From contig CAZKWA010000004.1 of the NCBI GenBank assembly GCA_964556345.1, forward strand, positions 3,488 to 67,487: a stretch of DNA of 64,000 nt, read 5' to 3'. Origin of the DNA: an uncultured Alcanivorax sp. (lineage in GTDB: Bacteria > Pseudomonadota > Gammaproteobacteria > Pseudomonadales > Alcanivoracaceae). Shown in pieces: positions 56,448 to 64,000 of the stretch. The notes beneath the pieces are model-generated. The model was not told the DNA's origin. It saw only the letters and a program-made list of their open reading frames with translations, and searched no databases. How positions within the stretch are numbered: the stretch's first letter is position 1; every line of letters starts with the position of its first letter. The translations under genes were made by a program, and so were the position numbers.

Positions 56448-57224
56448 TCAGCGGGGGCCGTCGTTCCCGGCCACCTCCACTTTGACCTCCAGGGGCAGCG
56501 ACAGCCGCTCGGTGCGCGTGGTCGCGCCCTCCAGGCCCGCCCCGGCGCTGTTCTCACTGACCGTGATCTGCCCCAGCGGCTGCCATTGCCCGGGTGTCAC
56601 CACCAGGGTGCTGCTGGCGTCCTGAGTGCGCGCCCGGCGGTGACCGGTGGGCTCGTCGAAGCGTTGCCGGATGGTCAGGCGCACCCGCCCGTCGCTGGTG
56701 ATCACCGGGGTGATGTCGATGCCTTGCTTGAGCGCCAGCAGCGCCGGGAACTGGGTGCCGGTGAGGGCCACCAGGCTGCCCTGGCTGATGCCCGCGGGGT
56801 GGCCCGACAGGGTGTTGATGCTGTAGCTGTCCTGGCGCCGGGTGGTGACGGTGTGGGCGCCGGTGCGCACGCCCCGGTCGTCGATGCGGAGATCGCCGCC
56901 GGCGCTTTGGCTCTCGCCCTGGCGGCGCAGCTGTACCGTCACGGTGCGTGGCACCTCGGGCATGTCGCCGAGGGCAGCGAGTATCTCATCGAAGTTGCGG
57001 TCGTCGGTGCGGATCACCAGCTTGCCCTGGTAGGCGTTGGCGTAGCCGCCCTCGGGCAGCAGCGGGCGGATCACCGGCAGCAGGGCCTCGGCGTCGGCGC
57101 GCTGGATGACGTGGATCGACATTTCCTCGGCGCGGGCCGCGCCGGCCAGTAACAGCCCGAGCAGGGCCAGCAGCAGCGTCAGGCGGGACGGTACGAGCCG
57201 GGCGGGGCGGGTTGATGACGTCAT
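56448..57224 (-). CDS. small secretin-like protein (secretin N-type domain plus compact secretin core)
   Basis: Signal peptide ...LLLAGAARA-EE. IHVIQRADAEALLPVIRPLLPEGG...KLVIRTDDRNFDEILAALGDMP resembles a secretin N domain. ...GIDITPVITSDGRVRLTIRQRF...STLVVTPGQWQPLG resembles the secretin beta-domain core. ATG 57224 behind GGAAGG; alternative start at 57245. Confidence 0.55.
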   Translation of the reverse strand: MTSSTRPARLVPSRLTLLLALLGLLLAGAARAEEMSIHVIQRADAEALLPVIRPLLPEGGYANAYQGKLVIRTDDRNFDEILAALGDMPEVPRTVTVQLRRQGESQSAGGDLRIDDRGVRTGAHTVTTRRQDSYSINTLSGHPAGISQGSLVALTGTQFPALLALKQGIDITPVITSDGRVRLTIRQRFDEPTGHRRARTQDASSTLVVTPGQWQPLGQITVSENSAGAGLEGATTRTERLSLPLEVKVEVAGNDGPR

Positions 57225-57381
57225 GGCGGTGCCTTCCGTGTGCATGGTGTTCCGGCATGATAGCGGTAACGGCGTATCGGTTTCACCCTGTGTCGGCGGT
57301 TGCGCCGCCCCCCAAACCCCGCATAATGGCCCGCCCCGAAACGAGGCGCGACAATCGCGTTGTCGGTATGCGAGAACCAGG

Positions 57382-58056
57382 ATGTTTGGTAACAGCCGGT
57401 CGGTGACCAGTAATCAGGAAGGGCCGCACCCTGCTCTGGAGGCGACGGTGCGTCGCCACCTGACGCACCCCTGGCGCGCGCCGGTGGCGGACCATGACCG
57501 GGCCGCTTTCGCCCGGGCCTCGGCCCGGGTTGGCGCCGCCGGCGACCGGCTGATTGTCGACTCCGGGTGCGGCACGGGGCGCTCTTCAGTGGCGCTGGCG
57601 CGGCGTTACCCCGAGGCACTGGTGCTGGGCCTGGACCAATCACGGCACCGGTTGCAGCGTGCCGAGCGCCGCTTCGCCCCCTTGCCGGACAATCTGCTGT
57701 TGCTGCAGACCGACTGCACCGGCTTCTGGCGTTTGGCGGCCGAGGCCGGCTGGCGCGTCCGGCGGCACTTTCTTCTTTATCCCAATCCCTGGCCGAAAAG
57801 CGCGCACCTGAAACGGCGCTGGCACGGCCACCCGGTGTGGCCGGCGCTGCTGGCGCTGGGCGGCACTCTGGAAATGCGCAGTAACTGGTCGTTATACCTG
57901 CGGGAAGCGCGGGCGGCGCTGGCCGTCAGCGGCATCCCCGCCCGGCTCACCGCCTTGTCCCCGGGGGAAGAGGCGCTGACCGATTTCGAAGAGAAGTACG
58001 CCGCCAGCGGCCAGCCTCTTTGGCGCTTGACCGCGGCGCTGGACGAGCCGGTCTAG
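57382..58056 (+). CDS. TrmB-like SAM-dependent methyltransferase
   Basis: 224 aa from ATG 57382. VDSGCGTGRS SAM motif, and LYPNPWPKSAHLKRRW resembles the TrmB FPDPW.KKRH.KRR motif. Confidence 0.6.
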   Translation: MFGNSRSVTSNQEGPHPALEATVRRHLTHPWRAPVADHDRAAFARASARVGAAGDRLIVDSGCGTGRSSVALARRYPEALVLGLDQSRHRLQRAERRFAPLPDNLLLLQTDCTGFWRLAAEAGWRVRRHFLLYPNPWPKSAHLKRRWHGHPVWPALLALGGTLEMRSNWSLYLREARAALAVSGIPARLTALSPGEEALTDFEEKYAASGQPLWRLTAALDEPV

Positions 58057-58283
58057 ACCCGTCCCGGGCATCCCTTTCCGGCGATTTTGTGCGCCGCTTC
58101 TCCTTTCTTCCGGGAACTCTGCCCGGGGCCGCTACCCGAGTGACCACCGTGCTGCGAATCGGGGCCTTGCTGTGATAGCTGCCCGCTGAAGCCGACTTCT
58201 AGAATCAAAGAGTGTTGCCGCGGAGGCTCCGCGGTCACCAAGGAAGAAAATTCGCCTATTCCGATAAAAAAAGGATGAAAGCA

Positions 58284-59105
58284 ATGAAACTGAACACTCT
58301 GAATACAGCGTTTGGCACCAGATGGCTGACCACCACCGCCGCTTTGTTGGCCGGTGTTCTTCTGGCTCCCGCCGCCCTGGCCGGGGACGACGATAATCCG
58401 CTTGCCCCGTTCGAGGACACCGGGCCGTACTCCACCACCCGGGACACCGGGTTCAGCTGCACCATTTACCGGCCGATCAGCCTCGACAGCGATCACCCGG
58501 TGATTATCTGGGGCAATGGCACCGGCACCTCGCCGTCCACTTATGGCAGTGGCCTGGAACACTGGGCGTCCTGGGGCTTCGTGGTGGCCGCCGCCAACAC
58601 CAGCAACGCCGGTTCCGGCGAAGAGATGCTTGATTGCATTGATTATCTTGAAGGCCGCAGCTACGCCGACGACCTGGATTTCTCCAAGATCGGCGCGTCC
58701 GGGCACTCCCAGGGGGGCGGCGGCACCATCATGGCGGCCCGCGACGGACGTATTACCGCCACCGCGCCGATGCAGCCGTACATTCTCGGTCTCGGCCATG
58801 ACACCACCTCCCAGTATCAGCAGCATGCGCCGATGCTGTTGATGTCCGGCTCCGCCGACACCCTGGCCGGCCCCACGCTGAACCAGGCTCCGGTGTACCG
58901 GCGCGTGGACGTGCCGGTGTTCTGGGCGACGCTGAACGGCGCCAGCCATTTTGAACCCACCGGCGATTTCGGTGACTTCAAGGGCCTGAGCACCGCCTGG
59001 TGGTTGTATCAGCTGGAAGGTGATTCCGATGCTGCGAGCCTGTTCACGGGCGCCTGTTCCGCCTGTGATATAAGTGGTTGGGACATGGAGCGTAAGGGCC
59101 TGTAA
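58284..59105 (+). CDS. secreted alpha/beta hydrolase of the cutinase / PET-hydrolase / Streptomyces exfoliatus lipase fold
   Basis: Signal peptide ...LLAPAALAG. Nucleophile elbow GHSQGGGG, acid in SGSADTLAG, His in GASHFEP. These occur in the same order and spacing as in that family, with a C-terminal Cys pair (GACSACD). Alternative start at 58275. Confidence 0.65.
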   Translation: MKLNTLNTAFGTRWLTTTAALLAGVLLAPAALAGDDDNPLAPFEDTGPYSTTRDTGFSCTIYRPISLDSDHPVIIWGNGTGTSPSTYGSGLEHWASWGFVVAAANTSNAGSGEEMLDCIDYLEGRSYADDLDFSKIGASGHSQGGGGTIMAARDGRITATAPMQPYILGLGHDTTSQYQQHAPMLLMSGSADTLAGPTLNQAPVYRRVDVPVFWATLNGASHFEPTGDFGDFKGLSTAWWLYQLEGDSDAASLFTGACSACDISGWDMERKGL

Positions 59106-59115
59106 GCCACCGGTC

Positions 59116-59143
59116 GGGCTCCATGTCGTCGGACATGGGGCCC
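59116..59143 (+). terminator. hairpin after the hydrolase gene (no U-tract)
   Basis: 12-bp stem with one mismatch (GGGCTCCATGTC / GACATGGGGCCC) and loop GTCG, 11 nt after the stop. Confidence 0.3.
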
Positions 59144-59258
59144 GCGACACTTAACCCCATGCCGATGGCAAACTGGTTCTGGCAAGCGGATTGCGGGGCC
59201 GGGTGCCCTCGCACCGTTGCCGCTGCCAAAAGAATAATAAGGTTTGGGAGCGAGAACG

Positions 59259-60311
59259 ATGAACTCGAAACTGGATGACGGCCTGATGCCGCTTCACCGG
59301 CATCCTCTCGGTTTTATCGAAGCGTTTTGCAGTCTCGGCGCGAGCCAGGAGGCGCTGCTTCGAAACACCGGTATCTCGGCCTCGATGTTCGGGATGCAGG
59401 ACATCCACATCGGCCACGATCAATTCCAACAACTCCTTTATAACGGCATCGAAGCGTGCTCGCGCCCCGCGCTCGGGGTGGCGGTGGGCATGCAATTCGG
59501 CTGGTCGTACTGGGGGCCGGTGGGTTATGTGATCCATTGCAGCCCCAGCTTGAAGCTGGCCGGCGAGGCCTTCCGGCGTTATCTGGTGATGTCGCAACCC
59601 TATTACGCCGAGCACGCCTCCAGGCCGAACGCCTATCTGGACGCCGACAACCGGGTGGTGGAACCGATTGACTACACCACCGGCAGCGAGCAGCAAACGG
59701 TGTTGCGCGACTTTATCCGCGAATGGCGGCTGGCGGTGACCCTGCGGCTGTGGGACCTGTGTGGCAATAAGGCGGTCGCCGATCCGGCGGTGCATGTGCG
59801 GCTGGACCGGCCGCGCCCCTGCTCCGACACCCCCTATCAGGCGCTGCCGTGCCGGAGTATCGCCTTCGATTGCGACGAGTTTTCCATCTCCGCGCACGCG
59901 GACTACGTATTCCGACGTTTCCGGCCACTGCGCAAGCGCGCGTTCGAGCGCATTATCGAAGAGTGCGAGCGGGAACTGAGCCGGGTGCCGGAGCGCCTGC
60001 CGTTCACGGAACGGGTGCGCTCGCATATCCGCGCTCATTTTCGGCCGGACCTGACCCTGGAGACGGTGGCCCGGCAACTGCATCTCACACCCCGTGGCCT
60101 GAGTCGGCGCCTCGCCCGGGAGAGAGCGTCGTTCCGCCGTTTGCTGCACGCCGTGCGTATGGAAATCGCCAGTTATCAGCTGCGTCATTCGCGGCTGGAT
60201 GTGGAGGACGTGGCGGCCCTGGCCGGGTTTTCCTGCGCGTCCAGCCTGCGCCGCGCGGTGAAGAGCTGGACCGGGACCACGGTGGGGGAAATACGCGAGC
60301 TGACCGAATGA
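59259..60311 (+). CDS. AraC-family transcriptional regulator
   Basis: 350 aa from ATG 59259 behind GGGAG. C-terminal HTH ...LETVARQLHLTPRGLSRRLARE...VEDVAALAGFSCASSLRRAVKSWTG. Confidence 0.85.
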   Translation: MNSKLDDGLMPLHRHPLGFIEAFCSLGASQEALLRNTGISASMFGMQDIHIGHDQFQQLLYNGIEACSRPALGVAVGMQFGWSYWGPVGYVIHCSPSLKLAGEAFRRYLVMSQPYYAEHASRPNAYLDADNRVVEPIDYTTGSEQQTVLRDFIREWRLAVTLRLWDLCGNKAVADPAVHVRLDRPRPCSDTPYQALPCRSIAFDCDEFSISAHADYVFRRFRPLRKRAFERIIEECERELSRVPERLPFTERVRSHIRAHFRPDLTLETVARQLHLTPRGLSRRLARERASFRRLLHAVRMEIASYQLRHSRLDVEDVAALAGFSCASSLRRAVKSWTGTTVGEIRELTE

Positions 60312-60320
60312 GGCGCGGTG

Positions 60321-61049
60321 ATGTTCAATAGCAGAGGATCCGTCGGGCGCTGGCTCGGTGGCGCCGCGATCACGCTGGCGCTGGCCGCCGGCCTCTGGCT
60401 GGCCGGCAACCCGCCGGTGCCGGACGCGCCGCCCATGCCGGAGCCGGTGGCCCCGGCGCCGCCGAGCGCGCGCGCGCCGGACGCCGGACCGGCTCCGGCG
60501 GAGCAGGAAGGACGGGCCGCCGTCGAGCCGGGCACGCCGTCCCGCGCGCCGCTCCCGGAGCAGGCGGCGGTCACGGAAGCGCTCGGCGGTCTGCAATGGG
60601 ACCGGCAAGGGCGGTTGCGGGTCGACGCCGAAGTCAGAGCGCACCTGGACGCCCTGTTCATAGAGCCGGAAACGCCCATCGATCCGGCCCGGTTCGAGAC
60701 CCTGAAGCGGAGAATCCTGGCCGCGTTGCCGGACGACAAAAGCCGGCAGGTGCTGGAGGTGGTGGAGCGCTATTACCACTACAGCAGCGTCTACCGTGAT
60801 CTGGCCGATAATTTCCGCTACCTGGGCAGCGAGGAAGAGATCGCCCGGGGGCAGCGCCAGCTGTACGCACTGCGGCGGGATTACCTCGGCGCGGAGCTGG
60901 CCGAGGCCCTGTTCGGCGAAGAGGAGCGCATGATGCGCGTGACCCTGGAGAACATGCGCATCCAGTCCGATCCGACGCTGACCGAGGCGCAAAAGCGGGA
61001 ACGGCAGCAGCCGCTCAACGGAACGCAGGAACCGGACGAAGACCGCTAG
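60321..61049 (+). CDS. Lif-type lipase chaperone (lipase-specific foldase family), short form
   Basis: N-terminal TM anchor and Pro/Ala linker. Then segments parallel Pseudomonas LipH: LQWDRQGRLRVDAEVRAHLDALF, LEVVERYYHYSSVYRDL, LRRDYLGAELAEALFGEEERMMRVTLENMRI...LTEAQK. Starts 9 nt after the araC stop. Confidence 0.65.
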   Translation: MFNSRGSVGRWLGGAAITLALAAGLWLAGNPPVPDAPPMPEPVAPAPPSARAPDAGPAPAEQEGRAAVEPGTPSRAPLPEQAAVTEALGGLQWDRQGRLRVDAEVRAHLDALFIEPETPIDPARFETLKRRILAALPDDKSRQVLEVVERYYHYSSVYRDLADNFRYLGSEEEIARGQRQLYALRRDYLGAELAEALFGEEERMMRVTLENMRIQSDPTLTEAQKRERQQPLNGTQEPDEDR

Positions 61050-62565
61050 CGCCGATCAAGGCCCGGCACAGCGCCACCGCCGTCACCAGGTAAAGCAGCC
61101 GGATGAACCAGCCCGGATGGCGGGTAAAGAAGCTGTCCGCCGCCGATGCCGGCATCGGAATATCCACCCAATAGGCGGCTTCCCGGCCGTACTCGGACTG
61201 CAGCAGGCGGCGCCCGCTGGGCAGGATCACCGCCGAGGGGCCGTTGTTGATCACGTGCAGCAGGGGGCGGCGGTTTTCCACGGCGCGCAATACCGAGGCG
61301 TCGAGGTGCTGGTGGGGCTGACGCGAGGCGCCGAACCAGGCGTTATTGGACAGCACCACCAGCAATTCCGCCGCGCCACCACCCCGGGCGGCGTTCGCCA
61401 CCAGGCGGGGAAACAGCGCCTCGTAGCAGATCAGGGGCAGGGCCTCCAGGCCGGCGGCGGCGAAGCGCCGTGGCCGGTCCCCCGCGCTGACCTTGCTGAA
61501 AAAGCCGCCAAGCTGTTCGCGCACCCGGCTGCCGGTGCGGGGAAAGGCTTCCAGCAGCGGCAGGTATTCGCCGAAGGCGACGCGCCGGATTTTCCGATAG
61601 CGGCCCTGTTCGTGCCCGTCGGCGTCGATCAGAACGGCGCTGTTGAACTGTTCGCCGGCGTCCGCCTCCATGCCCTGGAAGATCAGCGCGGCGTCCAGTT
61701 CGTCCACGGAGCGGCGCAGGGCCTCGGCGACCCGGGGCGCGGCGAAGTAATCGTCGACGCCGGTTTCCGACCAGACCACCAGGTCCGCGCCGTCCCGCGC
61801 CAGGGGCTCGGACAGCGCCAGGGCGCGCGGGTAGGCGAAGCCGTGGCCGGGGGCGGGGGGCGAGGCGTCCCGCGACAGGTTTTCCTGCACGAAACCGACG
61901 CGCCGCGACGGGGCGTCGTCGCCGGCGTTGTCCCAGTGGTGGAGAAGGGCGCCGCCGCAGCCCAGCCACAGCACCGGCAGGGCGGCGGCCGCCAGGCCGG
62001 CTTTGTCGTTCAGGCCGCGCGCCGTCGAACGGCGCTCGAAGAGCCAGCGATAGAGCAGAATGTTGACCAGGGCGATGACCGCGTCCAGGGCGTGCACGCC
62101 GCCCCAGGCGACCGGCTGCAGGGCGGTCAGGAAGGCGCTCTGGCTTTCACCCAACTGGGCCTGGAACAGCATCGGAAAGCGGGCGAAGAACAGCGCGGTG
62201 AGCACCGGAAACAGCAGCAGCGCGGACCAGCCGGTGTGCCGCCGCAACCCCTGGAAGGCGAGCATCAGCAGCGCCGGCAGCTGGGCGCTGTAAAGCCAGA
62301 ACAGGAACGCCAGCCCGGCGGTCACCAGCGGGCCGGGCGACCACAGGTTCTGGAGGAAGGCGATGATCCAGAAGGCACCCAGGCCGTAGAACACCAGCCC
62401 GCAGACCAGCCCCAGGCGGTAAGCCCGGGCCGCGCCGGCGTCGCGGACGGCCACCAGCAGGGGCACGAACGCCACCCAGGCGAACAGGAACAAGGCGTTG
62501 TGCAGGAACGGCAAGGCCAGCAGCACGCCGGACAGGCCCGCCAGCAGGACATCCCGCCACCGCAC
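61015..62565 (-). CDS. apolipoprotein N-acyltransferase (Lnt) family protein
   Basis: 516 aa. N-terminal polytopic domain plus a CN-hydrolase domain with the E-K-C triad context (VVWSETGV, YRKIRRVAFGEYLP, LICYEALF) and NNAWFG...QHL. GTG start behind GGGGAGG, 2 nt after the upstream stop. Confidence 0.8.
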   Translation of the reverse strand: MRWRDVLLAGLSGVLLALPFLHNALFLFAWVAFVPLLVAVRDAGAARAYRLGLVCGLVFYGLGAFWIIAFLQNLWSPGPLVTAGLAFLFWLYSAQLPALLMLAFQGLRRHTGWSALLLFPVLTALFFARFPMLFQAQLGESQSAFLTALQPVAWGGVHALDAVIALVNILLYRWLFERRSTARGLNDKAGLAAAALPVLWLGCGGALLHHWDNAGDDAPSRRVGFVQENLSRDASPPAPGHGFAYPRALALSEPLARDGADLVVWSETGVDDYFAAPRVAEALRRSVDELDAALIFQGMEADAGEQFNSAVLIDADGHEQGRYRKIRRVAFGEYLPLLEAFPRTGSRVREQLGGFFSKVSAGDRPRRFAAAGLEALPLICYEALFPRLVANAARGGGAAELLVVLSNNAWFGASRQPHQHLDASVLRAVENRRPLLHVINNGPSAVILPSGRRLLQSEYGREAAYWVDIPMPASAADSFFTRHPGWFIRLLYLVTAVALCRALIGASGLRPVPAFR

Positions 62566-62567
62566 GG

Positions 62568-63107
62568 TTACCGTGCCTCCCCGCCGGTGTCCGCCCGGAT
62601 CGCGTCACGCATGGCGTTTTCGTCCTGGAACAAGGTTGCCGCCCGGTCTCCGAAATGGCTTTCCTGCAAGCGCCGGCGCGCGGGGGACGCCCCGGCGGGC
62701 AGCGCCGCCAGGGCGTCGCGGTAGGCCAGATAGTCGGCCAGCAGGGCCCGGGTTTGGTCCGCCGCCGCCGGCAGGGCGCGCGACGTCAGCAGGCGCAGGC
62801 GCTGACGCTCGGCCGGGGTCAGCGGGCCCTGAACGGCGTCCGCCGCGCGTCGCACCGCCGCCAGCGTGCGCGCGTCATAGCGCAGGCGCCCGTCCGGGTC
62901 CACGGGCAGGCGTTTCAGCATATGATCGAGCGCCGGCCACAGGTCGGGATTGCCGGCTTCGGCCCAGGCGGGCAGGGTGGCGCGCCCGGACGCGGCGGTA
63001 TCGGCGGCGGGCCACCGCGAATGCAGGGCGGCCAGCCCGAGCAGGACCAGCAGCGCCAACGCCGGCCAGCGGTCCGCTGCACCGGGTGACAGACCAGAAT
63101 CGTGCAT
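62568..63107 (-). CDS. short membrane-anchored Lif-like (lipase-chaperone-like) protein
   Basis: 179 aa from ATG 63107. TM anchor RWPALALLVLLGLAAL. Segments LPVDPDGRLRYDARTL, ALLADYLAYRDALAAL and LQESHFGDRAATLFQDENAMRDAI align in order with the Lif-type protein at 60321..61049. Confidence 0.5.
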   Translation of the reverse strand: MHDSGLSPGAADRWPALALLVLLGLAALHSRWPAADTAASGRATLPAWAEAGNPDLWPALDHMLKRLPVDPDGRLRYDARTLAAVRRAADAVQGPLTPAERQRLRLLTSRALPAAADQTRALLADYLAYRDALAALPAGASPARRRLQESHFGDRAATLFQDENAMRDAIRADTGGEAR

Positions 63108-63235
63108 GTTTGAGCGCTCCGGCGTGGGAAACCGGTTCGATGGTAGCACCGACCACCAGGATCGCGACCCGGGCGGTGACGCCACGCGCCCGGCGGGCCG
63201 GTTTTGCGTGTGTGGGGTATGCCGGCGGCGGCGAC

Positions 63236-63733
63236 TTACAGGTGCAGTTCCCGCAGCTCCCGGCTGCCGCGGGCCCGTTCCCAGGTGCGCAGGAATTCAT
63301 CCGCCCGGCGCGGCGCCCGGGGCAGGGCATGGCCGCACAGATCAAGCCGCTCCGGGCGGGGCCAGCCGGTGGCTTCGAACAGGCCGGTGCGGTCGGCGAC
63401 GGCGAAGCACAGGCGCCCGTCGACGTCGTCGGGCTGGGTCTGGCGCAGTTGCAGCCGCGACGGCAGCCGCCGGCTCAGAGGCACCAGGCCGTGGCCGTTT
63501 TTCACCGCGCGTTCGACGTCGTCGAACAGAATGCGCAGATCGGCGCGCGGTGAGGACAGGGCGAGGCGTTTGAGGGCCTCGAGAACGTCCGCGTCGTCGG
63601 TGAGCGCGTCCAGCGCCGGCACCCGCAACCACAGACGCCGCCCGCAGGCGCGGATCAGCGCCGCCAGACCCGCCGTCGCGGAAGACGGGTGGTGCAGGGT
63701 GTCGTCCTCGCCGATCCGAACGTCCATGGACAT
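63236..63733 (-). CDS. hypothetical protein (165 aa)
   Basis: Coding-type GC3 bias. Starts 7 nt after the upstream GNAT stop. No family recognised. Confidence 0.55.
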   Translation of the reverse strand: MSMDVRIGEDDTLHHPSSATAGLAALIRACGRRLWLRVPALDALTDDADVLEALKRLALSSPRADLRILFDDVERAVKNGHGLVPLSRRLPSRLQLRQTQPDDVDGRLCFAVADRTGLFEATGWPRPERLDLCGHALPRAPRRADEFLRTWERARGSRELRELHL

Positions 63734-63740
63734 CGCCGCC

Positions 63741-64000
63741 TCAGGTGAGCAGCTTGAACATCTGCCGGTGGGGGATGTGCGCGTCCATGAAAATGCCCCC
63801 GGAGGCGGAGAAGCCCGCCGCTTCGTAGAAGCTGGTGGCGTGGGTCTGGGCGTAGAGGAAGATCTCCCGCATGTTGGCGGCGCGGGCCGCTTCCTCGGCG
63901 GCCACCAGCAGGGCCCGGCCGATGCCGCTGTTGCGGCGGGTTTCCAGCACGCACAGGCGGCTGATCTGGCCGCTGCCGAGCAGCCGGATACAGCCGATCG
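63741..64000 (-). CDS. GNAT-family N-acetyltransferase (5' part lies beyond the window)
   Basis: The frame stays open to the window end. ...IGCIRLLGSGQISRLCVLETRRNSGIGRALL (acetyl-CoA motif R..G.G) ...SFYEAAGF. Confidence 0.75.
   Translation of the reverse strand, partial: IGCIRLLGSGQISRLCVLETRRNSGIGRALLVAAEEAARAANMREIFLYAQTHATSFYEAAGFSASGGIFMDAHIPHRQMFKLLT

Noticed and set aside
58212-58283. Longer starts for the cutinase-like hydrolase (58212 track start, ATG 58275).
   Set aside because: The AAAGGA ribosome-binding site is directly adjacent to ATG 58275 (spacing too short) but well spaced for ATG 58284. The upstream extension is Arg/Lys-rich and precedes the signal peptide.
59241-59256. 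GGTTTGGGAGCGAGAA resembling the REP core TGTGGGAGCGAG.
   Set aside because: It is only a ~9-nt match without the palindromic partner half. It coincides with the ribosome-binding region of the AraC gene and is most likely chance.
59151-60992. 613-aa minus-strand ORF opposite the AraC and Lif-type genes, and 61117..62724 (535 aa) opposite the Lnt-family gene.
   Set aside because: The products are Arg/Gly/Pro/Gln-rich low complexity. The plus-strand AraC HTH and the minus-strand Lnt motifs support the chosen strands.

Overview
High-GC gammaproteobacterial chromosomal segment. Gene content resembles marine hydrocarbon degraders such as Alcanivorax, but that is only a taxonomic guess. I support about 60 densely packed protein-coding genes, many with 1-11 nt start/stop overlaps. 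I found no rRNA, tRNA, CRISPR array, transposase or integrase. GC content and repeat content were judged by eye, not computed.

Recognisable blocks:
- An AT-richer accessory islet (~2.4-5.1 kb) holds a decayed YpeA-like GNAT pseudogene, two VOC/glyoxalase genes, an AraC regulator and a ParE/RelE-type toxin-antitoxin pair.
- The islet abuts the SOS mutagenesis cassette imuA-imuB-dnaE2, which has a canonical LexA box.
- A Tat-subunit plus GMC flavoprotein dehydrogenase pair.
- A 9-kb leucine catabolic operon, liuR-liuA-liuB-liuC-liuD-acetoacetyl-CoA synthetase, with no HMG-CoA lyase and ending in a secreted protein of unknown function.
- A hybrid sensor kinase, rraA, and opgG-(84-aa ORF)-opgH.
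- mdh, a phasin gene divergent from a type-B carboxylesterase, and bolA-trhO.
- A paired acyl-CoA dehydrogenase that looks heteromeric.
- ttcA, glcB, a LysR/MFS/aldo-keto reductase group.

Loci that look least described:
- 58.3-64 kb: a cutinase/PETase-fold secreted hydrolase, an AraC regulator co-transcribed with an orphan Lif-type lipase chaperone, and a second short Lif-like protein translationally coupled to an Lnt-family N-acyltransferase.
- 38.5-40 kb: an ACT-V4R ligand-binding protein followed by a stand-alone MHYT membrane sensor with no output domain.
- 56.4-57.2 kb: an orphan ~260-aa mini-secretin with no secretion machinery nearby.

Family assignments rest on my reading of the translated ORFs (motifs, length, synteny). 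No database search was run.
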